DNA of 64,000 nucleotides from Desulfatiglandales bacterium (GTDB taxonomy: Bacteria; Desulfobacterota; DSM-4660; Desulfatiglandales; HGW-15): positions 1,973 to 65,972 of the forward strand of contig JAWLEX010000002.1 of assembly GCA_041685835.1 (NCBI GenBank), in the 5' to 3' direction. The notes beneath the pieces are model-generated. The model ran no database searches and was not told the DNA's origin. It worked only from the letters and a program-made list of their open reading frames with translations. The position numbers were made by a program, and so were the translations under genes. Shown in pieces: positions 17,367-29,315 of the stretch (position 1 is its first letter; each line of letters starts with the position of its first letter).

Positions 17367-18329
17367 ATGTTCGAGGTCCTGGAAAGCACCCGGTTCGTGG
17401 CCCGGGAAAGCAGATCAGTAAGGATCGATGAGAAGGCCCTCTTTGCATTTGCAGGGCGTCTCGTGAAAGAGGATGTCCGTCCTTTACCCTGGGACCGGGC
17501 CCATCACTTCACGGGTCCGCCGGAACAGGTCACTGCGTATGTTCTGGTCCTGGACACGATCAATTTTTGTTTCTGGTCGCCGGAAGAAAACCAGACCTGG
17601 GAGACGGACATCGGCGGTCGCGCGGTCTCCGGGTACAACGGGCTGGCAGCAGCCCTCAAGAGGGCCCTTGAAAACGGCGTTCCTCTGACCGACGCCGGGT
17701 TTCTGGCCGGCCTGTCCGAAAGAGACCTCGAGCGCGTGCTCCAAGGCCGAGGCAGGCTGCAGTTGATGGAGGAAAGGGCCCTGGCCATTCGGGAATTGGG
17801 GGCTGTCCTTTTGAGAAACTATAATGGAAAGGCCCATCGCCTGGTGGAGGCGACCAGGGGCTGGGCCGGGGACCTGGCCAGGCTCCTTGCAAAAAAGCTT
17901 GTGTCTTTCAGGGACACGGCCGTGTATCGCGAACGGGCCGTTTACTTCTACAAACGGGGCCAGATCCTGGCCGCGGACCTTCACGGCGCGCTTCAGGGCA
18001 GAGGTTGGGGAGCTTTTCGTGACATGCACCGGCTCACGGCCTTTGCCGACTACAAACTGCCTCAGGTCCTCCGCCACATAGGTGTCCTTGTTTATGGAAA
18101 AGGACTGGCCCTGCGGGTGGACAGGCAGGAGCCGCTCGAGGCCGGAAGCCCGGAAGAGGTCGAGATCCGCGCCAATACCATCGTTGCGGTGGAGATGATC
18201 CGGGAAGCCGCCGCGGAAATGGGCCGGCGTCTCCGGTCGTTCGAGATCGACGGAATTCTCTGGCAAATGGGTCAAGAGGAGGAATACCGCTCACACCCGT
18301 ATCATCGAACCTTGAGTGTTTTCTACTGA
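17367..18329 (+). CDS. Queuosine-salvage family protein (DUF2419 / Qng1-like)
   Basis: 320 aa. Characteristic motif LVLDTINFCFW and an overall DUF2419-like pattern. Confidence 0.7.
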   Translation: MFEVLESTRFVARESRSVRIDEKALFAFAGRLVKEDVRPLPWDRAHHFTGPPEQVTAYVLVLDTINFCFWSPEENQTWETDIGGRAVSGYNGLAAALKRALENGVPLTDAGFLAGLSERDLERVLQGRGRLQLMEERALAIRELGAVLLRNYNGKAHRLVEATRGWAGDLARLLAKKLVSFRDTAVYRERAVYFYKRGQILAADLHGALQGRGWGAFRDMHRLTAFADYKLPQVLRHIGVLVYGKGLALRVDRQEPLEAGSPEEVEIRANTIVAVEMIREAAAEMGRRLRSFEIDGILWQMGQEEEYRSHPYHRTLSVFY

Positions 18330-18493
18330 ACGCCCGTCCGCCTCCCGGCTGATGCCCTGAAGGCTGAAGGGTATGCATCCGAGACGTGCAATGACTCTGA
18401 GGAGGCGCTTCAACTGTCCCGCTCCGGCACTGTTACCGACACAGACCACGGATGCGCATGACCTGGGGTGAACGCCCCCCGGGTCATGTCCGT

Positions 18494-19897
<1,404 letters not shown>

Positions 19898-19904
19898 TCA
19901 GCGG

Positions 19905-21068
19905 TCATTTCACGGCACGCTTCATGTCCTCCACGAGGTCTGTTTTTTCCCAGGAAAGCTCGGGAAGTTCCCGCCCGAAATGACCGTAGTTACATGTCTT
20001 TCTGTAAATGGGGCGCAGAAGGTCAAGTCGTTCTATTATGGCGGCGGGCCGAAGGTCGAACATCTTTTTTACTATCTCGGTCAACTCGCGGCTGGGGAGC
20101 ACGCCGGTGCTGAATGCGCCGACCGTGACGCTCACCGGCTGTGCCCGGCCGATGGTGTAGGCGACCTGCAGCTCGCATTTCTCCGCCAGTCCGGCGGCCA
20201 CCAGGTTCTTGACGATGTAGCGGCACATGTAGGAGGCGCTCCGGTCCACCTTGGAGGGGTCCTTGCCCGAAAACGCGCCGCCCCCGTGGTGGCCGAAGCC
20301 GCCGTATGTGTCCATGATGATCTTGCGGCCGGTGAGCCCGCAGTCTCCCATGGGGCCGCCCACCACGAACCGGCCCGTGGTGTTGATGAAAATGTTTGTC
20401 GATTCCCGCAGCATGTTTTCGGGAACCACCTTCTTGATGACCTCCTCGATGATCGCCTCCCTGAGCGTGTCGTAATCAACCTCAGGACTGTGCTGGGCCG
20501 CGATCACCACTGTATGGACGTTGTCGGGCCTGCCGCCCTTGTACTCCACCGTTACCTGGCCCTTGCCGTCCGGCCGAAGCCAGGGTAGCTTGCCGGATTT
20601 ACGCACATGCGCCAGGCGCTGGGTCAGACCGTGGGCCAGATAAATGGGCATGGGCATGAAGGTCGGGGTGTCCTTGCAGGCGTATCCGAACATGAGCCCC
20701 TGGTCCCCTGCGCCCTGTTCCTTGAAGAGCCCTTCGCCGTTTACGCCCTGGGCGATGTCGGGGGACTGTTTGTCAATGGACGAGATAACAGCACAAGTCT
20801 CCCAGTCGAACCCCATGGAAGAGTTCTTGTAACCGATATCCCTGATGGTATGACGGACCACTTCGGGCATGTCCACGTAACCTGATGTGGTTATCTCGCC
20901 GGCTATTATGGCCATGCCGGTAGTGACCAGGGTCTCGCAGGCCACGCGGGAGTGTGGGTCCTGTTCCAGCATGGCGTCGAGGATGTGGTCGGAAATCTGA
21001 TCCGCCACCTTGTCCGGATGCCCTTCGGTGACGGATTCCGAGGTGAAGAGAAAACTGTCTGTTTTCAT
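19905..21068 (-). CDS. metK: S-adenosylmethionine synthase
   Basis: Start [20 protein letters not shown] is preferred. Motifs GAGDQG and GGGAFSGKD. Confidence 0.93.
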   Translation of the reverse strand: MKTDSFLFTSESVTEGHPDKVADQISDHILDAMLEQDPHSRVACETLVTTGMAIIAGEITTSGYVDMPEVVRHTIRDIGYKNSSMGFDWETCAVISSIDKQSPDIAQGVNGEGLFKEQGAGDQGLMFGYACKDTPTFMPMPIYLAHGLTQRLAHVRKSGKLPWLRPDGKGQVTVEYKGGRPDNVHTVVIAAQHSPEVDYDTLREAIIEEVIKKVVPENMLRESTNIFINTTGRFVVGGPMGDCGLTGRKIIMDTYGGFGHHGGGAFSGKDPSKVDRSASYMCRYIVKNLVAAGLAEKCELQVAYTIGRAQPVSVTVGAFSTGVLPSRELTEIVKKMFDLRPAAIIERLDLLRPIYRKTCNYGHFGRELPELSWEKTDLVEDMKRAVK

Positions 21069-21196
21069 GGGTTGCTCCTTTTCGGGATCTTTCCCTTTTC
21101 GGCGTTTTGTCATCCTGGTATGCCGCCGTTCAATTTGGTGTCTGAGGCCTTGGAAAGGACGGCCGGGGGCAGATTACATGGAATAACCCTGATAAA

Positions 21197-22051
21197 TCAG
21201 GGCGCTTCAAATCTGAGAAGCCGGTTGTCGATGAGCCGCGCCTTTCCGACAAACACGGCGAGGGCAAGGAGTGTTTCCTCCTCGACAGCCTCCAGTTCTT
21301 CCAGGGTTGCCGGATGGCAAAGGCTCACATAGTCGATCTTTGTGAAAGGCGCCCGGCGTATGTGTTCCTCCACGGCGGCACGGATAACGGCCGCGTTTCT
21401 CTCGCCGGCATCCACCATTTCCTGGGCCAGGGCCAGCGATCGGCTCAGGCACAAGGCCGCCTTTCGTTCCTCGGGGGACAGGTAGGTGTTGCGTGAACTC
21501 ATGGCCAGTCCGTCAGGCTCCCGTACCGTTGGGACGCCCACGATCCGAAGGTCCATGTTCAGGTCCCGGACCATTCGACTGATCACGGTGAGCTGCTGGA
21601 AGTCCTTCTGTCCGAACACCGCCACATGCGGCTTTGTGATGTTAAACAGCTTGGCCACGATCGTGGTCACTCCTTCGAAGTGTCCGGGCCGGAGTGGTCC
21701 GCAGAGGCGCCTGGTCAGCTGATCCACGCGGACAAGGGTCTGAAAGCCCTCGGGATAGATGTCCTCGGCCGTCGGTGCGAACACGTAGTCGGTTCCAGCG
21801 GACCCGGCCTTGGCCAGGTCCCCTTGGAGGTCGCGAGGGTAGGCCTCCAGGTCCTCGCCTTCTGCGAATTGTGTCGGGTTCACGAAGAGGCTCACCACCA
21901 CAGTGTCCGCAAGCTCTTTCGCGGCCCGCATAAGCGCCAGGTGTCCGTCATGGAAAAAGCCCATGGTGGGCACCAGGGCGATCGTTTGTCCGGCCAGCCG
22001 GATCCGCTCGCTAAGGGCCTGCATGTCTGAGACACTATTTATAACTTGCAC
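21197..22051 (-). CDS. panC: Pantoate--beta-alanine ligase
   Basis: Motif VPTMGFFHDGHLALM. The GTG start at 22051 gives the usual ~26 aa before VPTMG; ATG 22024 is an alternative. The raw ORF start at 22141 runs into the 9-mer repeat. Confidence 0.88.
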   Translation of the reverse strand: MQVINSVSDMQALSERIRLAGQTIALVPTMGFFHDGHLALMRAAKELADTVVVSLFVNPTQFAEGEDLEAYPRDLQGDLAKAGSAGTDYVFAPTAEDIYPEGFQTLVRVDQLTRRLCGPLRPGHFEGVTTIVAKLFNITKPHVAVFGQKDFQQLTVISRMVRDLNMDLRIVGVPTVREPDGLAMSSRNTYLSPEERKAALCLSRSLALAQEMVDAGERNAAVIRAAVEEHIRRAPFTKIDYVSLCHPATLEELEAVEEETLLALAVFVGKARLIDNRLLRFEAP

Positions 22052-22073
22052 TGTCAATAAATTTTTGTTTCTC

Positions 22074-22150
22074 CTCTTCGTGTCCTTGGTGATCTTCGTG
22101 GTGAAGAAACCATTAGCAACCACGAAGACCACGAAGATCACGAAGAAGAA
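22074..22150. repeat. CACGAAGAN 9-mer repeat, inverted arrays (imperfect hairpin)
   Basis: CTCTTCGTGTCCTTGGTGATCTTCGTGGTG – 13 nt – CAACCACGAAGACCACGAAGATCACGAAGAAGAA, between the dNK stop and the panC start. Confidence 0.7.
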
Positions 22151-22172
22151 TCCTGTTTAGTTCCTCTTTCCA

Positions 22173-22832
22173 TCAGTCCGCGGATTTCATGGGCACATAG
22201 TACTGGGTGCCCGATTTCATGTCCTGAATCCGCGACACCAGGTCTTTGAAATCCGCCGGCACGTGCACGAAGTCGATCTCCGAGGCGTTTACCACGAGAA
22301 GGGGGGCCTCATCGTAATTGAAGAAAAATTCATTGAAGGAACGGTTGATCTCTTCAAGATATTTAGAACTTATGTTTCGTTCGAACTTGCGGCCCCGCCT
22401 GCGAATGCGGTCCATCAAGACATCGGTCCGTGCCTGCAGGAAAATAACCAGGTCCGGAGGGGCAAGGCGTCCCTTAAGCAGCCTGTAGAGTTGATCGTAG
22501 AGCCAGAACTCCTTTTCGTCCAGGTTGGCCCCGGCAAATATCCGGTCCTTGTCGAACAGGTAGTCTGTGACTAGGACACGGTTAAAAAGGCCTATCTGGC
22601 CTAATTGCCGGGACTGCTGGTATCTCCTGAGCAGGAAGAAAACCTGGGTCTGAAACCCGTATTTCCTGGGGTCCCGATAGAAATCAACCAGAAAAGGGTT
22701 TTCCTCGATATCTTCCAGCAGTATCTCGCCGTCGAGCCTCTCGGCCAGCATTCGGGCCAGGCTGGTCTTCCCCACGCCCAGAGGGCCCTCGATTACAATA
22801 TGGTTGTGGGGGCTGGAACGGGATGGTTGCAT
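22173..22832 (-). CDS. Deoxynucleoside kinase family protein
   Basis: P-loop EGPLGVGKTS and dNK-like DR(Y/I) and RRGR motifs. Start MQPSRSS is chosen; the upstream extension is unsupported. Confidence 0.75.
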   Translation of the reverse strand: MQPSRSSPHNHIVIEGPLGVGKTSLARMLAERLDGEILLEDIEENPFLVDFYRDPRKYGFQTQVFFLLRRYQQSRQLGQIGLFNRVLVTDYLFDKDRIFAGANLDEKEFWLYDQLYRLLKGRLAPPDLVIFLQARTDVLMDRIRRRGRKFERNISSKYLEEINRSFNEFFFNYDEAPLLVVNASEIDFVHVPADFKDLVSRIQDMKSGTQYYVPMKSAD

Positions 22833-23001
22833 GTTCAGCCTCGGCCCATGTATGTCGGGTCCGTAAAAAAGCAGGCCTGGGACTACTACCGCCGCAGGAG
22901 AATTCGCCGGAAAAAACAACCAAGAAGAGGCAGCGGGTTACAGCGGTGAAGCCCCGGCACACGGTCCACCGCAGGGGCATCCGTAAAGCCGTACTTCACT
23001 A

Positions 23002-23916
23002 TCACCCACCGTCCCCTTTGTCAAGAATGGCGGATTGGCCTTGACGGATGGGAGGAAAGGCCTCGCTGAGCCGAAGGAAGTCATCGATACTCAGGGTCTC
23101 GGCGCGGCGTCCGGGGTCTATATGACAGTCCGTCAGGATACGGCCCACGGCATCCCGATCCCAGGCGGGAAAGGATGCCAGAAGTGCGTTTTGCAGGGTC
23201 TTTCGCCGGTGACTGAAGGCCCCTTTGACCACCGCACGGAACCCTGCTTCGTCAGCCGGCTGAGGGGAATGGGGAAGGTCGAAGTCCAGTTCCACCACTG
23301 TGGAGTCCACACGCGGCATCGGGTGAAAAGACCTTTTTCCCACCCGTAGAAGTCGCCGGACACGTGCGTGAAGGCCCACAAGGACGGTGAGCGCCCCATA
23401 GGAACGGCCTCCGGGAGAAGCTGAAAGACGGTCTGCAACCTCTTTCTGGAACATGAGAACCGCGCGGCGGAACCTCCGGCGCTGGTCGATGAGTGCCTCC
23501 AGGACAGGTGTGCTGACATTGTAGGGAAGGTTTCCGATCACATGGATCCTGTCGTGTGAAAAGCGGTCCAGCATGCTGAAGTCGAACCGGAGTATGTCGC
23601 CGCAGACTACTTCTGCGTTTCGTATCTTTCGGGCCTCCAGCCTTTCCTGAAGCCATGCCGCCAGGTCGCGGTCCTTTTCTACGGCCAGTATGCGGTCCAC
23701 TCTTTGGGTCAGAGGAAAGGTCAGGGCTCCCCGGCCGGGGCCGATTTCCAGGATACGGTTGGAGGAATCCAGCCCCGAGAGTTCCAGGATCCCGTGGATT
23801 ACCCCCCGGTCCTTAAGGAAGTGCTGCCCGAATCGCTTTTTGGCTCTCAGTCCTGACAAGGCGGTCAATCGATTTTCCGGGAGAGGCTTTTGAACGTCCG
23901 CCGGCGCTCCCTCCAC
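23002..23916 (-). CDS. rsmA: 16S rRNA (adenine1518/1519-N6)-dimethyltransferase
   Basis: Motifs KKRFGQHFL, EIGPGRGALT and NLPYNVSTP. The start is uncertain; the ORF overlaps the upstream gene by 52 nt. Confidence 0.88.
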   Translation of the reverse strand: MEGAPADVQKPLPENRLTALSGLRAKKRFGQHFLKDRGVIHGILELSGLDSSNRILEIGPGRGALTFPLTQRVDRILAVEKDRDLAAWLQERLEARKIRNAEVVCGDILRFDFSMLDRFSHDRIHVIGNLPYNVSTPVLEALIDQRRRFRRAVLMFQKEVADRLSASPGGRSYGALTVLVGLHARVRRLLRVGKRSFHPMPRVDSTVVELDFDLPHSPQPADEAGFRAVVKGAFSHRRKTLQNALLASFPAWDRDAVGRILTDCHIDPGRRAETLSIDDFLRLSEAFPPIRQGQSAILDKGDGG

Positions 23917-24383
23917 CGGTGAATGCCGCGGAATACTTTGAGAAAAACAGGGTAGGACAGGGACGCGAGCAGAAGCCCCAGAATAAACCCGCCCAGGATG
24001 AAGGCCGCGATAATGGATCCTCCCGTCCCCAGGACCGTTTTCACCACCGCCATGCCTTCCGCGCCCCTCTCCAGAGCCCCTATGACCGAGGAGACACCGC
24101 GGTTTTTCTCCGGAAGCCCCAGAATGGCCGCCCCGATCCGGTAGTCCAGGTAGTATATGAAGTACCAGTTGAGGGGGTTGCTTATCCAGGTGCCAAGGGC
24201 GGCCGTGATCTTGCTGCCGCCGAATACTAATGCCAGAAAGATCGCCAGAGCGGTCTGGAATGGCACAACGGGCATGAGGCCCGAAAAGATACCCATCGCC
24301 ATGCCCAGGGCGAGGGCTTCAGGGTTCCCTTTGAGTCGGATGAATCTCCAGTAGTAATATTGGAGCTGTCTTGAGAATTTCAC
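23865..24383 (-). CDS. DUF2062-like membrane protein
   Basis: 172 aa. N-terminus RFIRLKGNPEALALGMAMGIFSGLMP followed by several TM segments. Confidence 0.65.
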   Translation of the reverse strand: MKFSRQLQYYYWRFIRLKGNPEALALGMAMGIFSGLMPVVPFQTALAIFLALVFGGSKITAALGTWISNPLNWYFIYYLDYRIGAAILGLPEKNRGVSSVIGALERGAEGMAVVKTVLGTGGSIIAAFILGGFILGLLLASLSYPVFLKVFRGIHRWRERRRTFKSLSRKID

Positions 24384-25432
24384 GTCCGGCTTGTTCCTGA
24401 TCCCATGGCCGGAGGCAGTTCATCCACGGGATACCTCGATCGCACATCCGTGGAGAGATCCGCGCGTTCCCCGTTTTTCAGGCGAAAGAGCGCAGCTTCG
24501 GCGATCATGGCCCCGTTGTCCGTGCAAAGGATCGGGTGGGGCCAGTAGACCCGGATTCCCCTTAAATCACCTTCTTCCCGCAATCGCCGCCTGAGGACCC
24601 CATTGCAGGCCACGCCCCCGGCCACCACTACCGACCCGGTTCCGGTTCGCTCCGCAGCCGTGAACAGCTTGGCTGTGAGGACGTCTATGACCGCCTCCTG
24701 AAAAGACGCGGCAATGTCTTCCAACCGGACCCCGTTCCTCTCCTTCTGGTCCCTGCTCCAGCGTTCCACAAAAAGGCCCACGGAGGTTTTAAGTCCGCTG
24801 AAGCTGAAGTCGAGGGACTCGTTCCCCATCATGGCCCGCGGGAAGTCGATTCGATCCCCCCTGCCCCCTGAGGCCGTTTTTTCAATAACAGGGCCCCCCG
24901 GATAGCCCAGACCGAGGAGCTTGGCTATCTTGTCGAACGCCTCGCCCGCCGCATCATCCAGGGTCTGTCCCAGGGTTCGGTAGACACCGGGGCGCTCCAC
25001 GTGATAGAGGCTGGTGTGCCCCCCCGATACAGTCAGGGCCGTGAATGGAAAAGACGGTATCTCGGGCTCCAGCAGGATCGATAGAATGTGCCCTTCCAGG
25101 TGGTTCACCCCGACGAGGGGAAGTCCTTTGACCCACGATAGGCCGCGTGCGTAGTGGAGGCCCACAAGGAGCGAGCCGATAAGACCGGGCCCGATTGTGA
25201 CGGCCACGGCTTCCAGGTCTCCCGGGTCGATACCTGCCTCATCCAGGGCCTTGTCCACCACGGGCACAATATTACGGACGTGCTCACGCGAGGCCAGTTC
25301 CGGGACCACGCCGCCGTATGGGTGGTGAAGACCGATCTGGGAGTTGATCACGTTTGAAAGGATTCCGTCCCGGTCCGAAACGACCGCTGCCGAAGTATCA
25401 TCGCATGACGTGTCAATGCCGAGAATGATCAT
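24380..25432 (-). CDS. tsaD: tRNA N6-adenosine threonylcarbamoyltransferase
   Basis: 350 aa. N-terminus MIILGIDTSCDDT, HLEGH metal site and the GGVACN motif. Confidence 0.92.
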   Translation of the reverse strand: MIILGIDTSCDDTSAAVVSDRDGILSNVINSQIGLHHPYGGVVPELASREHVRNIVPVVDKALDEAGIDPGDLEAVAVTIGPGLIGSLLVGLHYARGLSWVKGLPLVGVNHLEGHILSILLEPEIPSFPFTALTVSGGHTSLYHVERPGVYRTLGQTLDDAAGEAFDKIAKLLGLGYPGGPVIEKTASGGRGDRIDFPRAMMGNESLDFSFSGLKTSVGLFVERWSRDQKERNGVRLEDIAASFQEAVIDVLTAKLFTAAERTGTGSVVVAGGVACNGVLRRRLREEGDLRGIRVYWPHPILCTDNGAMIAEAALFRLKNGERADLSTDVRSRYPVDELPPAMGSGTSRT

Positions 25433-25446
25433 TGATTTTAAAAGAC

Positions 25447-25490
25447 GAAAGGGCCGATGGAGTGTTTTTAATTTACACTGTGGGCCCTTC
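25447..25490 (-). terminator. Candidate rho-independent terminator after the PP2C gene
   Basis: GAAGGGCCC…GGCCCTTTC stem on the minus strand, followed by GTCTTTTAAAA. Confidence 0.4.
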
Positions 25491-25504
25491 GACTCTCTCC
25501 TTTA

Positions 25505-26305
25505 TCATTTCAGCTTCTTCTTCAGCTTGCTCCACTTTCCCTCTTCGAGAATTTCAAGCAGTATGACCGTGATGTTGTCTCCGCCGCCCCCCCGGTTCGC
25601 CTCGTCGATCAGGATGTCGGCCTTGCGTTCGAGGGAAGTGGAAAAATCGTCCAGCACCGTGTTGATGGCCTGCTCCCTCATGAAATTCGTAAGCCCGTCC
25701 GAACACATCAGGATAATGTCCCCGGTCTCGGGCCTGAGAGGGGTGATGTAGACATCCACCTTCCTGTGCTGTCCCATGACCCGCGTCAGCAGGTTTTTCA
25801 TCCCCGGAGGGGTCGAGCCCACGGGGTCGGTCAGCCCCATGGCCCGCTGCTCCGCCTCGACCGAGTGTTCCTGGGAGACCTGAATAAGACGTTGTCCCTG
25901 GTCGAACAGGTAGGTCCTGCTGTCGCCCACGTTGGCGGCCCAGATACAGTCGCCCTCCAACAGGAGTGCCGCGACGGTCGATCCCATTCGGTGATACTCT
26001 GGTCTTTTCTGCGCCTCGTGAATAATGATATTAGTGAGGGAGATGGAGTTGATCAAGTGCTTTGCGAGGTCCGAAATATCCTTATTAACGGGCTCTAGAA
26101 ACGAAGGGGCCCGGTTGCTCCTTACCTTTCCCCAGTAGCCGGCCATGGTCTCCACGACCATTCGGCTTGCCACGTCGCCGGCCTTGTGGCCTCCCATGCC
26201 GTCGGCCACGATGAAAAGACCCAGGTCAGGCCTCACCAGGAGGCTGTCCTCATTGAGCTTTCTTTTGATCCCTATGTGGGTTTTTCCTGCTGACTTTATA
26301 TTCAT
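25505..26305 (-). CDS. PP2C-family Ser/Thr protein phosphatase
   Basis: Motifs GIKRKLNEDS, VADGMGGH, CSDGL and GGGDNITV. Start MNIKSAGKTH is preferred. Confidence 0.88.
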   Translation of the reverse strand: MNIKSAGKTHIGIKRKLNEDSLLVRPDLGLFIVADGMGGHKAGDVASRMVVETMAGYWGKVRSNRAPSFLEPVNKDISDLAKHLINSISLTNIIIHEAQKRPEYHRMGSTVAALLLEGDCIWAANVGDSRTYLFDQGQRLIQVSQEHSVEAEQRAMGLTDPVGSTPPGMKNLLTRVMGQHRKVDVYITPLRPETGDIILMCSDGLTNFMREQAINTVLDDFSTSLERKADILIDEANRGGGGDNITVILLEILEEGKWSKLKKKLK

Positions 26306-26347
26306 ATAAGAACCAGAAAACCCTGACTGCGACCCTTTTCTGCCAAC

Positions 26348-26372
26348 ACGAGCCACGAACCACGAACACGGC
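26348..26372. repeat. Degenerate CACGA(A/G)C-type short tandem repeat
   Basis: CACGAGCCACGAACCACGAACACGG, in the intergenic region upstream of the PP2C gene. Confidence 0.4.
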
Positions 26373-26508
26373 CCTTATTCCTCTCACCCCCCCACTTTTC
26401 ACCGAAAAAGGCCGTCACGATCACGCCGAACACCCAATCAGGCATGCCTCGCTTGATTCTCATTGGTCCTCCGTCCACTTGCGGGCTTCCGCCCGACCCG
26501 CGCTCGAC

Positions 26509-27099
26509 TCACTGAGGTCCGGTGAGGCTCCCTGTTCGGCGAACAGTGATATGCGGCTTCAACAGTTCCAGGGTCCGGGGCCCGATGCCGTGGACCCTCA
26601 AAAGGTCTTCAACCCGATCGAATCCATTGGCATGCTCCCGGTACTCCACCAGGGCCCAGGCAAGCCCGGGCCCTATTCCCGGAAGGGCAGTGAGGTCCTC
26701 CGCACTGCTGCGGTTCACCGGGACGGGCATCCCCAGCGTAAACAGATAAAACGCGCTCATGTCCTCAATACGGCAGGTCTTTTCTTTGCCGGGGCCGCCC
26801 ATGAAGACCACCCTGGCACCAGAAGGGAGGGGCGTGTTTTCAATGATCCCCGCAGCCCGGTAATCGGATCTCCCCGAAGCCCTCACTGCCAGGTCCGAGG
26901 TTGTTGCGGGTGTGTCGCAGAAGACATATACGCCCGGGTGGTGCACGTCGCCTGCAGCTTCCACGAACAGTGGATTAGTGCACGGAAGGGGAGGTGCGGC
27001 AGGCTTCCGGAAAAACGAGTCCGCAAGCCCCAGGCCCAGAATCAGCAGGAGTAATGCCAGGCATGCCCCCACATCGTCACTTTTCTTCAGCGGCTTCAT
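26509..27099 (-). CDS. comEA: ComEA-family helix-hairpin-helix DNA-binding protein
   Basis: 196 aa. N-terminal TM segment and C-terminal tandem HhH (LTALPGIGPGLAWALVEYR…LLRVHGIGPRTLELL). Confidence 0.8.
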   Translation of the reverse strand: MKPLKKSDDVGACLALLLLILGLGLADSFFRKPAAPPLPCTNPLFVEAAGDVHHPGVYVFCDTPATTSDLAVRASGRSDYRAAGIIENTPLPSGARVVFMGGPGKEKTCRIEDMSAFYLFTLGMPVPVNRSSAEDLTALPGIGPGLAWALVEYREHANGFDRVEDLLRVHGIGPRTLELLKPHITVRRTGSLTGPQ

Positions 27100-28309
27100 T
27101 GTCCAGCCCGAAGGCCTCGTGGAGCACCCGGACGGCCAGTTCTGTGTACTTTTCCTCGATCACGCAGGATATCTTGATTTCGGATGTGCTGATCATCATC
27201 ACGTTGATGTTTTCAGCCGCAAGGATGCGGAACATCTTCATGGCCACACCGGCGTGACTACGCATCCCCACCCCGATCACGGAAACCTTGGCGATGTCTT
27301 CATCGCCCAGCACCTTTTCCGCCCCGATCTCCTCCGCTACCCGGCTTACCAGTTTCATGGTCTTGAGGAAATCAGGCTTGGGAACCGTGAATGTCAGGTC
27401 CGTGATTCCATCCTCGCTGGTGTTTTGCAGTATCATGTCCACGACAATTCCGGAATCAAAGACGGGCTCAAAGATCCTGGCGGCGATTCCGGGCCGGTCA
27501 GGCACCTTCTTGATGGTGACGCGGGCCTCGTTCTTATTGTATGCGACACTGGAGACGATCAGCTTCTCCATGTCCTTTGTCTCGGCAATGACCATGGTCC
27601 CTTCCTCCCTGCTGAATGTGGAACGAACGTGGATGGGAACATTGAACTTCTTGGCGAACTCGACGGCACGGATTTCAAGAACCTTGGCCCCCAGGCTGGC
27701 CATCTCGAGCATTTCCTCGTAGGATATGCGCTCCATTTTCCTGGCCTTCGGGCAGATATTGGGATCAGTGGTGTAAACCCCGTCCACGTCGGTAAATATC
27801 TCGCAGCAGTCGGCATTGAGGGTGGCGGCCAGCGCCACGGCGGTCGTGTCCGATCCTCCCCGTCCCAGGGTGGTGATGTTACCGTCGCCGTCCAGCCCCT
27901 GGAATCCCGCCACGGAAACTATTCTGTTGTTGTCCAGTTCTCTCAGTATGCGGCGGGTGTCTATGTCCTGGATGTGTGCCTTGCCGTAAAGCCGGTCCGT
28001 GTGGATGGAGGCCTGGAAAGCGAGAAGGGAAAGCGCTTCGTAGCCGAGGGACTTGACGGCCATGGCGAAAAGGGCCACGGTCAGCTGCTCCCCCGTTGCC
28101 ATGACCACGTCCAGTTCCCGCGGGTCCGGATCATCGGTCATCTGCCGGGCCAACTGGATGAGGTTGTCGGTCTGACCGGCCATGGCGGAGAGGACCACCA
28201 CCATGCGGTGCCCGTCTCTATGGTAGTCCAGGACCCGCTCGGCCACGCCGCGGATCTTCTCGATGCTCCCGACCGAAGTGCCTCCGTACTTCTGGACTAT
28301 TAATGCCAT
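27077..28309 (-). CDS. lysC: Aspartate kinase
   Basis: 410 aa. N-terminus MALIVQKYGGTSV, GRGGSDTTA, and C-terminal ACT domains. Confidence 0.93.
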   Translation of the reverse strand: MALIVQKYGGTSVGSIEKIRGVAERVLDYHRDGHRMVVVLSAMAGQTDNLIQLARQMTDDPDPRELDVVMATGEQLTVALFAMAVKSLGYEALSLLAFQASIHTDRLYGKAHIQDIDTRRILRELDNNRIVSVAGFQGLDGDGNITTLGRGGSDTTAVALAATLNADCCEIFTDVDGVYTTDPNICPKARKMERISYEEMLEMASLGAKVLEIRAVEFAKKFNVPIHVRSTFSREEGTMVIAETKDMEKLIVSSVAYNKNEARVTIKKVPDRPGIAARIFEPVFDSGIVVDMILQNTSEDGITDLTFTVPKPDFLKTMKLVSRVAEEIGAEKVLGDEDIAKVSVIGVGMRSHAGVAMKMFRILAAENINVMMISTSEIKISCVIEEKYTELAVRVLHEAFGLDNEAAEEK

Positions 28310-28384
28310 TCTGCTCCTCGCCGCCGGCCGTCCAGCCGGCGGATTTGATCGAGAAAAAAGTTAAAGCCTTACAACCAAGGGCAT

Positions 28385-28401
28385 GAAGATCACGAAGGAA
28401 G
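28385..28401. repeat. Single or partial CACGAAG repeat unit
   Basis: GAAGATCACGAAGGAAG in the lysC 5' intergenic region. Confidence 0.35.
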
Positions 28402-28466
28402 TCAAAGACCAAAAGCCAAGAACCAAGCGGATCTCCTGCTTTTAAGATCCGAAGAAGTTCGAGCTT

Positions 28467-28934
28467 TCATGCCAGCGCTTCAAGGATCTCGACAGACCTG
28501 GGGTGGCCGGCCGAGAGGGTGATCCGCCTTCGATCAGGGTCCGATATAACGATGCTCACATGGACGGCCCATGAGGGGATCATTTCCGGACAACGGTCCG
28601 CCCACTCCACAAGGGCGATTCCGTCTCCGCGGAGGTACTCCTCGAGTCCGGCGGAGAGGACCTCCTCCAGTCCCTCCAGCCGATAGAGGTCCATGTGGTA
28701 GAATGTGAGCCGCGCCCGGTACTCGTTCACCAGCGCGAAGGACGGGCTGGTGATCACTGTCTGCTCGGGAATCCCGAGACCGGCTCCGACTCCCTTGGCG
28801 AGCCAGGTCTTTCCACTGCCCAAGGGACCGGTGACCGCGACCACGTCCCCACCGGCCAGCAGGGGGCCCAGGCTTCGGCCCAGGCGTATGGTTTCCCGGC
28901 CCGAGGCGGTTGAATATGTTATTTTTCTCCTCAC
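28467..28934 (-). CDS. tsaE: tRNA t6A biosynthesis ATPase TsaE
   Basis: 155 aa. P-loop GPLGSGKTW and a YjeE-like pattern (HMDLYRL). Confidence 0.85.
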   Translation of the reverse strand: MRRKITYSTASGRETIRLGRSLGPLLAGGDVVAVTGPLGSGKTWLAKGVGAGLGIPEQTVITSPSFALVNEYRARLTFYHMDLYRLEGLEEVLSAGLEEYLRGDGIALVEWADRCPEMIPSWAVHVSIVISDPDRRRITLSAGHPRSVEILEALA

Positions 28935-29308
28935 CCTTCCAGTACCACTATGGCCACGGCGTAATCATGCTCGTCCGAAAGGCTCACGTGCATGCCGTTG
29001 ATGCCGCGTTTCCGGCATAAATCAAGGGTTGTTCCCCTGACGCGGATTGCGGGACGTCCGCCGGGGTGATGAAACACCTCGATGTCCCGCCAGCTGATGC
29101 CCCGCCTCATGCCCAGCCCTATGGCCTTGGAAAAGGCTTCCTTGGCCGCGAAACGCATGGCAAATGCACATGCGGGCCTTGGACGGGAAAGACACAGGAC
29201 CTGCTCATCCGCCGTGAAGACGCGGTCGAGGAACCGATCGCCCCACCGTGCCAGGACTCTTTCTATTCGAGGAATGTACACGAGGTCCACGCCGATTCCA
29301 TAAACCAT
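28931..29308 (-). CDS. acpS: Holo-[acyl-carrier-protein] synthase
   Basis: 125 aa. GIGVDLV…FAAKEAFSKA…SLSDEHDYAVA. Confidence 0.88.
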   Translation of the reverse strand: MVYGIGVDLVYIPRIERVLARWGDRFLDRVFTADEQVLCLSRPRPACAFAMRFAAKEAFSKAIGLGMRRGISWRDIEVFHHPGGRPAIRVRGTTLDLCRKRGINGMHVSLSDEHDYAVAIVVLEG

Positions 29309-29315
29309 AAGCGGG

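Noticed and set aside
28310-28466. Lysine riboswitch (L-box) upstream of lysC.
   Set aside because: The ~155-nt leader is shorter than an L-box and lacks its conserved AGAGGCGC / GGGA-type cores. It contains only simple hairpins and a CACGAAG repeat unit.
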